Below the pieces are notes generated by a model. It did no database searches. It saw nothing but the letters and a program-made list of their open reading frames with translations, and was not told where the DNA came from. From the NCBI GenBank assembly GCA_965215195.1, contig CBDCDC010000002.1:64001-128000 (forward strand): a stretch of 64,000 nt of DNA. The letters are read 5' to 3'. Of the stretch, positions 46,452 through 56,781 are shown piece by piece. Numbering within the stretch: position 1 is the first letter of the stretch; each line of letters opens with the position of its first letter. The translations under genes were made by a program, and so were the position numbers. This DNA comes from Candidatus Latescibacterota bacterium (GTDB lineage: Bacteria > Latescibacterota > UBA2968 > UBA8231).

Positions 46452-48494
46452 TCAGTTGGGCCGCTCCCCTCGACGCAAGGCCACGGACAGCGGCTGCACC
46501 CCGTCCTTGTTGGGCTTTGAGCGCACCTTGCCGGTGCGGGGATCCACGCTGTAGATTTTCACGTCTGCGGGCAGGTCAAAGTCCTTTTCCGGCCGCCCCT
46601 CATTTACTGCGATCATAAAATCCGCCCAGATGGGCACGGCGCCGTTGCCGCCGGTGATTTGCACCCCGCGCGTATCCACTAGCTTATGGGTGCGTCGGTC
46701 GTCAAACCCCACCCAGACGCTGGCGATTAAGTCCGGGGTGAAGCCGGTGAACCAAGCGTCGGTATTGTCGTTGGTCGTGCCGGTCTTGCCGGCGGCTGGC
46801 CGCGCAAAGCCCAACTTGCGCACTTGGTGGCCGGTGCCGCGGTCCACGGTCTGGCGCAAGAGATGGACCATTTGCGCGGCGAGGTCGGGCGCGATGGCTT
46901 GGCGGATCTGCGGCTGGTGGGTAAAGATCGGCTGGTCGTCGGCATCGACGATTCGCTCTATTAAGGTCGGGGTCACCTGCAAGCCGTAGTTGGCGAAAGC
47001 CCCGTACGCCGCGGCCATTTCCAACACGGTGACTTCGTCGACGCCCAAGGCAATGCTCCTGTAAGCTCCTATTGGCCCGGCAAAACCCAAGCGGTGAGCC
47101 ACCTCGGCGACGCGGACTGGGCCGACGCGTTCGGAGATTTGTATGGCCGTTGAGTTGACTGAGCGAACTAAGGCCCACGCCGCGGTCGTCCGCCCTAAGT
47201 AGCGGTTCCCGTAGTTGCGCGGTTGCCATTTTTGCCCGTTGACGATATAGGTGCGCCGCTGGTCGTTAAAGAGGGAAACCGGGCTGATCGTACCTGCTTC
47301 CAAAGCCGCTAGGTAGGCCATTGGCTTAAAGCCGGAGCCGGGCTGGCGGCGGGCGGTGAGGGCCCGGTTGTAGTAGCTGACGAAAATGTCCCGGCCCCCG
47401 ACCATGGCCAGCACTTTCCCGGTCGGCGACAGGCACACCAACGCGCCTTGGACGTAGGCCGGGCGCTCGTCCAGCGACGCTTCCGAATAGGGCTTAAACC
47501 CCAGCCGCTCATCCAATTCGACCATGCCCTTGGCCACGGCCGCTTCGGCCGCTTCTTGCATGGCAATGTCCAAGGTAGTATAGACCTTCAAGCTCCCGGA
47601 GTTCAGGGCCGATGGCCCCCACTGCCGCTCGATTTCCGCGTTGATGGCTTCGACCCAATAGGGCACCGGGTTGCGGGGTGGGTAGCCGGGGTCGATGAGG
47701 TCTTCGGCGCGGAGAGCGGCGTATTCCCGGCGCGTCTGTGGGTCGAGAAAGCCGCTGGCGACCATGCGGTTGAACACGTGTTGCAGCCGGGCAGTGGCCC
47801 GTTGGGGATGCCGCAGGGGATTGTACTTGGTTGGGGCGTTGATTTGGCCGATGAGCATGGCGGCGCGAGGCAGGCTCAGCGAGTCTGGGGTCGTGTTGAA
47901 GAAGGTGGCCGCGGCGTCGTAAATGCCATAGGCGTTGGTGCCGTAGAAGACCTCGTTGAGGTACAGCTCTAGGAGGCGATCTTTGTACGCCGGGTGGCCA
48001 GCGGCATTGGTGTCTGGGTACGAGGCGGCAAAAAACACTTCTAGCTGCACGGCGAGCAGTGCTTCCGACAGCTTGCGTTCAAAGGTCTTTTTCGGCGAAA
48101 AGAACAGGCGCTTGACGAGCTGTTGGGTCAAGGTGCTGCCGCCGCGAGTGAGGCTGACCGCTAGCAGGTTGTCGCGCATCGCGCCGACAATGGACAGCAG
48201 GTCAATGCCGCGGTGGTGGTAAAAGCGCGCGTCCTCAGTGGCGATGAGCGCGTTGCGCACGTGGGGGGTGATGTGTTCGAGGGGCACCCATTGGCGGCTC
48301 TGATTGAAGGTGTAGATGCGCTCGCCAGAGGCCGCGTACATCTCCGTGCCCGGGCGGATGCCCAGCTCGCGCGGGTCGGTGGGCAGGCTGGGCAAGCTCG
48401 GGGCCATGCGCTGGACGGCGTACCCCACGCCCAGCCCAGTCGCCAAGACGAGGAGTGCGGTCAGGACTGCGCCGCTGAGCAGCGGGCGTCTCAT
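46452..48494 (-). CDS. Class A penicillin-binding protein (PBP1A family)
   Basis: EDARFY.H.G, GGSTLTQQL, ELYLN; transpeptidase motifs SGFK, SVN and KTGT. Confidence 0.95.
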   Translation of the reverse strand: MRRPLLSGAVLTALLVLATGLGVGYAVQRMAPSLPSLPTDPRELGIRPGTEMYAASGERIYTFNQSRQWVPLEHITPHVRNALIATEDARFYHHRGIDLLSIVGAMRDNLLAVSLTRGGSTLTQQLVKRLFFSPKKTFERKLSEALLAVQLEVFFAASYPDTNAAGHPAYKDRLLELYLNEVFYGTNAYGIYDAAATFFNTTPDSLSLPRAAMLIGQINAPTKYNPLRHPQRATARLQHVFNRMVASGFLDPQTRREYAALRAEDLIDPGYPPRNPVPYWVEAINAEIERQWGPSALNSGSLKVYTTLDIAMQEAAEAAVAKGMVELDERLGFKPYSEASLDERPAYVQGALVCLSPTGKVLAMVGGRDIFVSYYNRALTARRQPGSGFKPMAYLAALEAGTISPVSLFNDQRRTYIVNGQKWQPRNYGNRYLGRTTAAWALVRSVNSTAIQISERVGPVRVAEVAHRLGFAGPIGAYRSIALGVDEVTVLEMAAAYGAFANYGLQVTPTLIERIVDADDQPIFTHQPQIRQAIAPDLAAQMVHLLRQTVDRGTGHQVRKLGFARPAAGKTGTTNDNTDAWFTGFTPDLIASVWVGFDDRRTHKLVDTRGVQITGGNGAVPIWADFMIAVNEGRPEKDFDLPADVKIYSVDPRTGKVRSKPNKDGVQPLSVALRRGERPN

Positions 48495-49375
48495 TGTGCA
48501 AGCCCGAGGCGCTGTTGCACGAGCTGGGCCGGCAGCACGAGCGCCGTGGCCTCGTGGCCCGGCACTAGCGCGTACGCGGCAAATTGGTTCCCAGTGCGGG
48601 TCAGGCGCAGTTCAAAGCTGTCGGTGCCGTCCCAAGCCGCGAGCAGGCGCTGGGTCTCGCTCTGGCGCAGGGAGTCGGCCCGCGCTTGCACGATCTGCGC
48701 TAAGGCCGCCGAGATGATCGGCCCGGCATCGCTTTGTGCGCGATCGGGGTCGGCGCTCAAAAGCGGCGCTAGATGCGTGCGCCAGTAGGCCGTGTCTTCC
48801 TCTTTCATTTTCAGAAAGGTCCAGGCTTCTGGCTCGTCCTTTGCCCGCAGCCGCTTGTGGAGCTGGTGGAAGAGCGAGCCGTCCTCTAGGGCTATTTGTG
48901 CGCCGATGAGGGCGTGGAGATGCAGGACGTCGCTGGGTATGGCGGCTTGGGTTAGCAGGTAGCGGCCCTGCTCGTAGATCTGTAGGGAATAGGCCAGCTC
49001 GCGCAGGGTCTCCGGGCCGAGGTGATCGGATTGGAGGGCGGTGTCCCGCCGCGCGACCGCAAAGAAAGCCGCGTGCGCGCCGTGGTACTGGAGCTGGTAG
49101 TGGTTTTGCAGAACGGGTAGCGGGGCTTGGCTCGGCTCTAGTGGTGCCTCGGCCAGCGAGTCGGACAGGGCCATGCGGGTCTGCCGGCTGGCGAGAATGC
49201 CCTGCCAGAGCGCACCGCTTGGCTGGCGCTCTGGGTTTTGCCGCATCAGGTATTGGCCGATGAAGCGAGCCGCGTATTGGGTTTGGTATTCGATGAAGAA
49301 GAGAGCGCAAGCCGTGCCGAAAGGGACCAACGCACATAGGGCGATGCGGCTGAGACGCAAATAAAAAGACGCCAT
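48491..49375 (-). CDS. Membrane-anchored hypothetical protein
   Basis: 294-aa ORF with N-terminal hydrophobic segment, tightly coupled to its neighbours. Confidence 0.7.
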   Translation of the reverse strand: MASFYLRLSRIALCALVPFGTACALFFIEYQTQYAARFIGQYLMRQNPERQPSGALWQGILASRQTRMALSDSLAEAPLEPSQAPLPVLQNHYQLQYHGAHAAFFAVARRDTALQSDHLGPETLRELAYSLQIYEQGRYLLTQAAIPSDVLHLHALIGAQIALEDGSLFHQLHKRLRAKDEPEAWTFLKMKEEDTAYWRTHLAPLLSADPDRAQSDAGPIISAALAQIVQARADSLRQSETQRLLAAWDGTDSFELRLTRTGNQFAAYALVPGHEATALVLPAQLVQQRLGLAQ

Positions 49376-49379
49376 CTAT

Positions 49380-50369
49380 TTATTTGGCGACCTTAAAACT
49401 CTCAACCCGACTCACCGAATTCTCAAGCCCATCGACGTGCGTACTGGCCACGACCTTCCAGTAGTACACCTGCCCAGGTTCGAGGGCGACCAAGCGCCCT
49501 TCCTTAATGCGACCGGTAAATACGGCTGTGGTGTCGCTAGTCAGCGGCATGTCCGACACTTCGCCGCTAGTCAGCGAGGTAGTGACGATCACCTGGAAGG
49601 CACGCGCTTCGGGCAAGCGACCCCAAGTAAAGGTCAAAGGGGCAGAGGTCTCTTCCCCAGCGACCGGGACCAACAGCTCCGGCGAGGGCAGCGCGACGTC
49701 GCTTACCGCCTCAGAGACAGCGCTTTCCTTGCCGCCGCGATCTAGTGCCGTAATCCGGTAGTAGTACACTGTGCCAACCTCGATCTCCTCGTCGACAAAA
49801 CCCGGCACCGACACCTGCATTAGCAAATGCTCAAGGGTTGGCATAAAACCCGCCTCGGTTGAGCGATAGATGCGGTAACCAATAAGATCAGTCTCTGAGT
49901 TTTCATTCCAGTTGAGCGTAATGCCGAGCTGGCCGAGAACTTCGAGGTGGTGCGCTAGGGCGCGCAGCGAGGTCGGCACCTGCGGGGTCAAGCTGTTGAG
50001 GGGCTGTCCACTGATGGCATTTGAGGGGTCACTTTCGCCGCCGCTGGTTATCGCGGTTACTCGATACGTGTACTCCAGCTCGTATTGTAGGCCCTGATCC
50101 TTGAACCGGGTCTGGAACGTGGAGTCAATGGCCACGGCGGCGGCGTTCCCCACTGAGCGATAGACGACATAGAGCACCTCGTCCTCGCCCTCGGCGGCCT
50201 GCCAGTTGAGCCACACCTCGCCGTCGCCGATGCGCTCCACGCTCAGTGCGCGCGGTGCCTGCGGGGGATTGACGGACGCGACCGGCGCGGTGCCCTTTTC
50301 GCCATCGCCGCCGCAATGCCACAGCCCGACGACAGCGACGACAATCCATGCAACTGTTAGGCGTTTCAT
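49380..50369 (-). CDS. Fibronectin type III domain lipoprotein
   Basis: Signal peptide ending LWH-C; repeated P..L....L.W, Y.VYRS, F.D and Y.YR.TA....ES motifs. Confidence 0.85.
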   Translation of the reverse strand: MKRLTVAWIVVAVVGLWHCGGDGEKGTAPVASVNPPQAPRALSVERIGDGEVWLNWQAAEGEDEVLYVVYRSVGNAAAVAIDSTFQTRFKDQGLQYELEYTYRVTAITSGGESDPSNAISGQPLNSLTPQVPTSLRALAHHLEVLGQLGITLNWNENSETDLIGYRIYRSTEAGFMPTLEHLLMQVSVPGFVDEEIEVGTVYYYRITALDRGGKESAVSEAVSDVALPSPELLVPVAGEETSAPLTFTWGRLPEARAFQVIVTTSLTSGEVSDMPLTSDTTAVFTGRIKEGRLVALEPGQVYYWKVVASTHVDGLENSVSRVESFKVAK

Positions 50370-50482
50370 ATTTTTCTACCTCCCCAGATAGAGTACTCGC
50401 CTCTCTGCCAAAAGTACCATTAGCCTCCTAAAATAGGCAAGCACTTTTGACACGTAGCCACCCCGCAGCTATTGTCTCGCTG

Positions 50483-51802
50483 ATGAACGCGGATTTAGAC
50501 CTTGGGGCCCTGCGCGTCGTCGAGACCTTGCGCCGGGCCGGCTTCCAAGCCCTGCTGGCCGGTGGTTGCGTGCGCGACTTGGCGTTGGGCCGCGCACCCA
50601 AGGACTGGGATGTGGCTACGGATGCCGGGCCGGAAGAGGTGGCTGCGCTCTTTGAGCACACAGTGGCGGTGGGCGCGCAGTTTGGCATCTCGGTGGTAGT
50701 GCTCGACGAGGGCCACTACGAGGTGGCGCGCTTCCGCCGCGATGGCCCGTACCGCAATGGCCGCCATCCCGCATCCATTGAGCCGGCCAATGCCCGCGCC
50801 GACGCCCAGCGCCGCGACTTTACCATCAATGGCCTGTTCTACGACCCGGAAAGCGGTGCGCTCCTCGATTACGTCGGCGGGCAGCGCGACCTCCGCGCCA
50901 AGGTCATCCGCGCCATTGGCGACCCGGCCGCACGCTTTGCCGAAGACGACCTGCGTCTGTTGCGGGCCGTGCGCTTTGCGGCCCGGCTCGGCTTCGCCAT
51001 TGAACCCGCGACGTGGGACGCGCTCTGCGCCCGGGCCGGGTGCCTTGCCGGCGTCAGTGCCGAGCGCCTCCGCGACGAGCTGACCCTGCTGTTGACCGAG
51101 GGCGGGGCCGGGCGCGGCTTATGCCTGTTGGACCAGTCGGGCCTGCTGCCAGCCGTGCTGCCGGAAGTCGCGGCCATGCGGGGCGTGCCGCAGGAGGCTG
51201 AATTCCATCCCGAAGGCGACGTGTGGACCCACGTCCAGCTCCTCTTTGAGCATCTCGACGAGCCGTCGGCCACACTGGCTTGGGGCGCGTTGCTGCACGA
51301 CATTGGCAAGCCGCCAACGATGGTAAAGGCCGAGCGCATCCGCTTCCACGGCCACGACGCAATTGGGGCCAAAATGGCCGCCGCGATCTGCGGCCGGCTG
51401 CGGATGTCCAACGAGGTACGCGAGCGCATCAGCAGGCTCGTGGCCGACCACATGCGGATCGGCCACGTGCGCCAGATGCGCCCGAGTACGCGCCTGCGCC
51501 TGTTGCGCGAGCCGCACTTTCCCGAACTGCTCCAATTGCACCGCGCCGATTGCTTGGCCAGCCACGGCCAGCTCGACCTGTACGAGTTTTGCCAAGAGCA
51601 GTTGGCCGATCTAAAAAAGGAGCAATTGCGCCCGCCGCGCCTGATTTCGGGGAGGGACCTGATTGCTTTGGGATTGCAGCCTGGGCCGCGCTTTAGGGAA
51701 ATTCTCACCGCTGTCGAGGATGCTCAGTTGGAAGGGCGGATCGACAGCCGCGAGGAGGCGCTGCGTTTTGTGCGGCGCAATTTCAGCACCGGCCCTGCCT
51801 AG
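50483..51802 (+). CDS. cca: CCA-adding / poly(A) polymerase-family nucleotidyltransferase with HD domain
   Basis: AGGCVRDL, KDWDVAT, RRDFTIN, EDDLRLLRAVRF, HPEGDV and LLHDIGKP. Confidence 0.88.
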   Translation: MNADLDLGALRVVETLRRAGFQALLAGGCVRDLALGRAPKDWDVATDAGPEEVAALFEHTVAVGAQFGISVVVLDEGHYEVARFRRDGPYRNGRHPASIEPANARADAQRRDFTINGLFYDPESGALLDYVGGQRDLRAKVIRAIGDPAARFAEDDLRLLRAVRFAARLGFAIEPATWDALCARAGCLAGVSAERLRDELTLLLTEGGAGRGLCLLDQSGLLPAVLPEVAAMRGVPQEAEFHPEGDVWTHVQLLFEHLDEPSATLAWGALLHDIGKPPTMVKAERIRFHGHDAIGAKMAAAICGRLRMSNEVRERISRLVADHMRIGHVRQMRPSTRLRLLREPHFPELLQLHRADCLASHGQLDLYEFCQEQLADLKKEQLRPPRLISGRDLIALGLQPGPRFREILTAVEDAQLEGRIDSREEALRFVRRNFSTGPA

Positions 51803-51929
51803 TCGGCGGGCTGTTGGATCTGTTGAGTGTAGGGTTTGCAGACGGGTGCTGTTGGAACCGTTCCCATTGCGCAGCTTGCGCGGTAAAGTTCCCGATCTTC
51901 AATGGCAAATACGGCGGTAGCCACTATGT

Positions 51930-52068
51930 TTCCGTCCCAAGTGTGCTCAGCGACCCCGCGTTCAAACAGCGGCTTGACGAGGTGCGATCCATTAAGCAAG
52001 GTATGATACAGCAGCTTCTCACCGGCCGGGTGTGGGTGGTGAAATTTGCCCAGTGGAACTGGCTATAG
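51930..52068 (+). pseudogene. C-terminal remnant of a type I restriction-modification specificity subunit (HsdS)
   Basis: VLSD...QRLDEVRSIKQGMIQQLLTGRV matches the HsdS terminal helix pattern. Confidence 0.65.
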
Positions 52069-52142
52069 AAGGATTGCAGGCTTGGAGAAGCACATGACGC
52101 GATCAACCAACTACAAAGTTAGAGTTCTCGAATTGTAGGAGG

Positions 52143-52796
52143 ATGTACATGAAACGTCCCGAAGTCGTGCTGATGGCCATGGCGGCCGGTGGAGCAGGGG
52201 CGCAATTCGACCCAGTGCGAGTGCAAAAGCTTCTCTTTTTGGTCGATACAGAGATCCCACAGTTCCTTGAGGGGCCGTACTTTGATTTTAAGCCCTACGA
52301 CTACGGTCCATTCGATGTGGCCGTGTACCGAGAGCTCGATAAGTTATCTATGGAAAACGAAGTGAGCATCAACTATTCTGACAGGTATCGCCTGTACTCA
52401 CTGACGGACTCTGGTCACGCACGGGGTACGGCGATGTTGGCAGAGCTTCCGCAGTTGGTCGCTCGCTATCTGAAGGACACTGCCCAATGGGTTCTCTCGC
52501 GGACACTCAGACAACTGCTGGCCGCCATTTATCAGCGTTATCCCGCTATGGCGGTGAACAGCATCGTTCCATACGTAGCCTCGCCGCACCTTCGGACGTC
52601 GTATCTGTTGCCGACGCCTTCCTTCCTCTCCGGCATGGCGCGGACTTTGGATTTCATGGGAACTCTCGACGACCTGCCTATCGGGGAAAAAGAAAAACAG
52701 ATGGATGCCTTGGCGATCCGTAAGGATTGGATCGCAACTGGATACGATATAGAAGGTGCCATGGAGCGGGCGCAATCATCCGGTAATTTTCAGTGA
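52143..52796 (+). CDS. Hypothetical protein with Panacea/DUF4065-like N-terminal domain
   Basis: QKLLFL..., FKPYDYGPF...VY motif; AGGAGG RBS. Confidence 0.6.
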   Translation: MYMKRPEVVLMAMAAGGAGAQFDPVRVQKLLFLVDTEIPQFLEGPYFDFKPYDYGPFDVAVYRELDKLSMENEVSINYSDRYRLYSLTDSGHARGTAMLAELPQLVARYLKDTAQWVLSRTLRQLLAAIYQRYPAMAVNSIVPYVASPHLRTSYLLPTPSFLSGMARTLDFMGTLDDLPIGEKEKQMDALAIRKDWIATGYDIEGAMERAQSSGNFQ

Positions 52797-52978
52797 GCCG
52801 CAAACGCCGCCAGCAGCGTCGATCTACCAAGCCGCAATTGCCTGCTAATCGCGAAGCTACGGACGATTCGGTCGAGACCTCCGACGAGTTGGAGGCCGTT
52901 GTTCGGAGGGAGGTCAGTAATTTTGCACAGGAAATACTGGTTGCCGAACAAGAATTGTTTTTAGGGCCGCTCCCTTAA
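52793..52978 (+). pseudogene. Truncated gene, probably DUF2335-like
   Basis: GTGA overlap with the upstream gene; stops right at F.GPLP, the motif that opens DUF2335. Confidence 0.45.
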
Positions 52979-53145
52979 TGACTGGCGAATCGTCGCCCCC
53001 TCCATCGCTGCCTCGTTCTCCGCAATAGCAAAATCCTCCCCGCAAGATCCACGACTTCACGGTCTGCGACGCAGTTGAGCGTCCGCAACCCAAGCGCACC
53101 GCCGCGTGTCGCAGTGGGCACCAGCAACTGCGGGCTAGACGAATG

Positions 53146-54369
53146 CTACGAGGCCGGCGGCTCAATTTGGTCTAATAAAGCGATGACGTCTTTGGGCTGA
53201 ACCTTGTTTTTAAAGAAGAAGATCCCCCCAGGTACATCGGTGAAATCATCCTCGCTGACGTTGAGGTTGGACGAGACGGCCACGAGCAAGTCCTTGCGCT
53301 GAGCTTGGCGCAGTTTTTCGAGCTTGCGCCTTAGGTACTCGGGCCGCCAGTAGCCCATGATTTCCAAAAGCGCCGTGCGGCCGTCGGGATGGCGGAAGGT
53401 AAAGTCCGGGATCATCACCGTCTCTTTGAGGTTGACGATTTCGCTTTCCCGCTCTAGCTGCCATTGGGTTTTGGCCTTGGCAAAGCGCGCGACAAACGTT
53501 TCCTCCAGCAGGGAGTCGTACAGGGTCTGGTCCCGGTAGTGGGAGACTAGGCCCGACTGATCGTCGAGGACGAAGTGCTGACGGCGGCCATCCTTGCGGA
53601 CGATAGCGGCTTGCATTGACCAGCGGGTACACAGCAATAGGGCCGGGAGGAAAATCGCCATTTGCAGGCCGTATTTCTGCGAGTGGCGGAACATACTCAC
53701 CGGGCCATCGAGCCCGATCTCATAGCCGGCATCGACATCGCCTTCAATGGTGTGGATCAGCCGGTAGAACTTGATGAACTTGAAAAGCTGCTTGTAGCGC
53801 ACCGGCAGGTTGCGGTACACGCTTAGGCGCAGGACTTCGCAGCGGTAGAGCATGGCTTGGGCTAGTGCCACGTTGTAGCGCAGGAGCAACTCGTTGGGCG
53901 AGGGCGCGGCAAAGGTCGCAAGCTGGTGGTTTTCGGGCAGGTCGGCGTACAGCCCTGCGAGTACGTCTGCGCTGTTGATCTGGTGTTTGAGGGCGACCTG
54001 TTCGAGCAGATCCTCGCGCTTGACTGGGTAGATGAGGCTGGTCTCGCGGACGACCGGATGGTGGGCGCGGGCTAAGGTAAAAACGGCGCGGCGCAATTCT
54101 TCGGGGGGCTGGGGGCTGGCGACGTGGAATTCGCAGTAGTGATCGCAGAGTAGCTTGGCTAGGCCGCGCTGGATGCGGTAGTCGGTGCGGTCCCCGGCGA
54201 GCAAGTGGAGGGCGTGTTGTAGCTCTCGCCGGGTTTTGCCTTGGTGTTCGGCGTGGACCTCGATGAGTGCTTGGGCTAGGTCGATCAGGGCCGGGTCCTC
54301 AACGGCGACATAGCGCGGTTCAATATAGGGGCCGCGCGAGCGAGTAAGCAGCAGATCCGAGGTCAGCAC
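53146..54369 (-). CDS. DUF790 family (Bax1-like) endonuclease
   Basis: Start reassigned to GTG LTSDLL; LYADL, RYN.ALAQ, GP.S.F....KYG, DS.LE..F, MIPDF and LEIMGYW.PEYL. Confidence 0.9.
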   Translation of the reverse strand: MLTSDLLLTRSRGPYIEPRYVAVEDPALIDLAQALIEVHAEHQGKTRRELQHALHLLAGDRTDYRIQRGLAKLLCDHYCEFHVASPQPPEELRRAVFTLARAHHPVVRETSLIYPVKREDLLEQVALKHQINSADVLAGLYADLPENHQLATFAAPSPNELLLRYNVALAQAMLYRCEVLRLSVYRNLPVRYKQLFKFIKFYRLIHTIEGDVDAGYEIGLDGPVSMFRHSQKYGLQMAIFLPALLLCTRWSMQAAIVRKDGRRQHFVLDDQSGLVSHYRDQTLYDSLLEETFVARFAKAKTQWQLERESEIVNLKETVMIPDFTFRHPDGRTALLEIMGYWRPEYLRRKLEKLRQAQRKDLLVAVSSNLNVSEDDFTDVPGGIFFFKNKVQPKDVIALLDQIEPPAS

Positions 54370-54374
54370 GGTGC

Positions 54375-55730
54375 CTACTCGTAGGCTTCGTGGCGGCGGC
54401 GGCGGTCGCTGATGCGGTCTTCGACCGTGTCCTTGGAGACCACTTCGTAGAGCACGGCCTCCTTGCCTTGGCGGCGGCGCAGGATGCGCCCGAGGCGCTG
54501 GACGTGCTCGCGGATAGTTCCCGAGCCAGAGAGGACTACCGCGACGTTGGCTTCGGGGATGTTGACGCCCTCGTTGAGCACTTTTGAGGCGACGAGGGCG
54601 AGGTACTCCCCCTTGTTGAAGGCTTCGAGAATGGCCTTGCGCTCCCGCGTGCGGGTGCGGTGGGTAATGGCCGGGACTAGGAAGGTGCGGGAAATTTGAT
54701 GGACGGTCTCGTTGTCGTTGGTAAAAATCAACACGCGGTCGCGCGGGTGGGCCTTGAGGATATCTTCGAGGACGCGGACCTTGGCGGTCGCGCCGAGGGC
54801 GAGCTGGCGGTGGCGGCGGTAGGCGTGCATGGCGCGCCGGCCGCTGGTGCTTTGGGCCGAGAGCATGACGAAGTGCCGCCAGCCATCGGCCGTGCCGAGG
54901 CGGATGTTCTTGTCGGCGAGGAAGGCCCGGTACTCGTCGCGGGCGGCCTCGTACTGGACGCGCTCCTCGGCGACCATATCCACTTGGCGGCGCTCGACGC
55001 GGTAGTCGGCCAAGTACTCGCCGGACAAGGCGCGGATGCCGCGCTCGTACGCGAGCGGACCGACGAGGGTGTCGAGGAGCACGTGGCGGCCATCGGCGCG
55101 TTCCGGCGTGGCCGTCAGCCCTAGGCGGTAGGGTGCTAGGCACATTTCAGCGGCGTGGCTGTACATTTCGCCGGGCAGGTGGTGGACCTCGTCGAAGACT
55201 ATGAGGCCGAAGCGGTTGCCGTAGCGGTCCATCTGCATATAGGCACTGTCGTAGGTGGCGACGGTCAGGTCGGCTAGCTCGTGGTAGCCGCCGCCGAGCA
55301 GGCCGACCTCAACAGCAAACGAGCGGCTGAGCAGGTCGTACCACTGGTTCATTAGGTCAATGGTCGGAGCGACGACGAGGGTGCTGCGCTGGACTTCTTC
55401 CATAGCCATGAGCGCGACCTGCGACTTGCCCGTGCCCGTGGGCAAGACGACCACGCCGCGGCAGCCGTGCTGTTGCCAAGCGGCGATGCTTTCGGCTTGG
55501 TGCGGGTGCGGCTCAGGTGCGGTGCGCAGTTGCAGGGAAAGGGTATTGTAGCGCGGGGCCGTATTCTTGAATGCGACTCCGTGCCGCTTGAGGTGTTCGA
55601 CGCTTTCGCGGTAGAAGTGGGCTTGGGCGCGCCAGTGATCGACGCGCACGTCCCAGACAAAGGCCGGGGGCGCATCCGCTCCCCGATAGTCGCGCAGGAG
55701 CAAGGTTCCTTCTTCAAAGGTCAGACGCAT
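54375..55730 (-). CDS. XPB/Rad25-like SF2 DNA helicase
   Basis: VVLPTGTGKS, DEVHH, LGLTATPER, LNEGV..P and QRLGRILR; start at MRLTFEEG. Confidence 0.92.
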   Translation of the reverse strand: MRLTFEEGTLLLRDYRGADAPPAFVWDVRVDHWRAQAHFYRESVEHLKRHGVAFKNTAPRYNTLSLQLRTAPEPHPHQAESIAAWQQHGCRGVVVLPTGTGKSQVALMAMEEVQRSTLVVAPTIDLMNQWYDLLSRSFAVEVGLLGGGYHELADLTVATYDSAYMQMDRYGNRFGLIVFDEVHHLPGEMYSHAAEMCLAPYRLGLTATPERADGRHVLLDTLVGPLAYERGIRALSGEYLADYRVERRQVDMVAEERVQYEAARDEYRAFLADKNIRLGTADGWRHFVMLSAQSTSGRRAMHAYRRHRQLALGATAKVRVLEDILKAHPRDRVLIFTNDNETVHQISRTFLVPAITHRTRTRERKAILEAFNKGEYLALVASKVLNEGVNIPEANVAVVLSGSGTIREHVQRLGRILRRRQGKEAVLYEVVSKDTVEDRISDRRRRHEAYE

Positions 55731-55815
55731 AGGCACAGATTGATTAGGAGGAAGGGAAATGATACATTGGGGCCACAGAGCGAGCAAGACATCATCAACC
55801 AAGGAGACATGCGAC

Positions 55816-56763
55816 ATGGACCTAGCCCGAGTGGGTTTGGCGCGCGCCGGTGCGCGGCGGGCCAACGTATATCAAGCGCTAAATTGGGTGCGCGAGGACG
55901 TCGAGCCTAAGCTGGCCGCCCAAGTGATGCTCAAGCCGAACTTCCTGTCCAGCGAAAATCCCCTCGCCTCAACCCACGCCGACGCCATGCGCGGTGCGAT
56001 TGACTTCCTGCTCAGCGCGGCGCGGCCACCCGAGGAGATCGTCATTGCCGAAGGCGGCAACGAGAAGTATTCGGGCGAGGCGTTTGCCAATTTCGGCTAT
56101 GGCGCACTCGTCGAAGAATACCCGCTGCCGATTCGCTTGGTCGATCTGCATCAGGAGACGCGGTGGGAAGAGACCACAATTCACATGGCCGGCGGCGTTG
56201 AGGCGACCGTGCGGATGCCGAGCGCGGTGCGCGAATGCCCCTGCACCATTTCGGTGGCCGTGGCCAAAACCCACGACGTGTGCGTGGTCACGTTGGCGCA
56301 GAAGAATATGATCATGGGGACGCTGCACAAAGAGGATCGCATCAAGATGCACGGCTATCCCTCGCACGCCGAGCGCGTGTTGCCCAGCGAAGCCGAGGTG
56401 CTCAACGTGAACTTGATTCGCTTGGCCCAGTACCTCAAGCCGGACATTGGGATCGTCGATGGCACGGTGGGCTTGCAGGGCAATGGCCCCGGGGGAACCG
56501 ATGCTGTTCCTATGGGTGCAGCCGCGGCATCGGCCGATGTGTTTGCCGTGGATGCGGTCGTGGCCAAGGCCATGGGCTTTGAGCCGATGGAACTGGGCCT
56601 TTTGCACTACGCCGACACCTTGGGCTACGGCGTGGCTGACTTGGAGCGGATCGAGGTGCGGGGCGTGCCCATTGCCGAGGTCGCCTGTGCCTTCAAGCCG
56701 CACGCGACGACCGCGCAGCAGATGCAGTGGCGCAGTGCGGCAACAGCGCAGTTTTTGCCGTAG
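55816..56763 (+). CDS. DUF362 domain protein
   Basis: V.LKPN, IAEGG, KTHD...TL..KN, IVDG..G.QGNGP and D..AVD; AAGGAG RBS. Confidence 0.85.
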   Translation: MDLARVGLARAGARRANVYQALNWVREDVEPKLAAQVMLKPNFLSSENPLASTHADAMRGAIDFLLSAARPPEEIVIAEGGNEKYSGEAFANFGYGALVEEYPLPIRLVDLHQETRWEETTIHMAGGVEATVRMPSAVRECPCTISVAVAKTHDVCVVTLAQKNMIMGTLHKEDRIKMHGYPSHAERVLPSEAEVLNVNLIRLAQYLKPDIGIVDGTVGLQGNGPGGTDAVPMGAAAASADVFAVDAVVAKAMGFEPMELGLLHYADTLGYGVADLERIEVRGVPIAEVACAFKPHATTAQQMQWRSAATAQFLP

Positions 56764-56781
56764 GGAGTGTTGGAATCCGCA

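Noticed and set aside
54370-55143. N-terminal ~257 aa of the 665-aa ORF 53146..55143
   Set aside because: Arg/Pro-rich alternative frame overlapping the helicase; the DUF790 protein begins at 54369.
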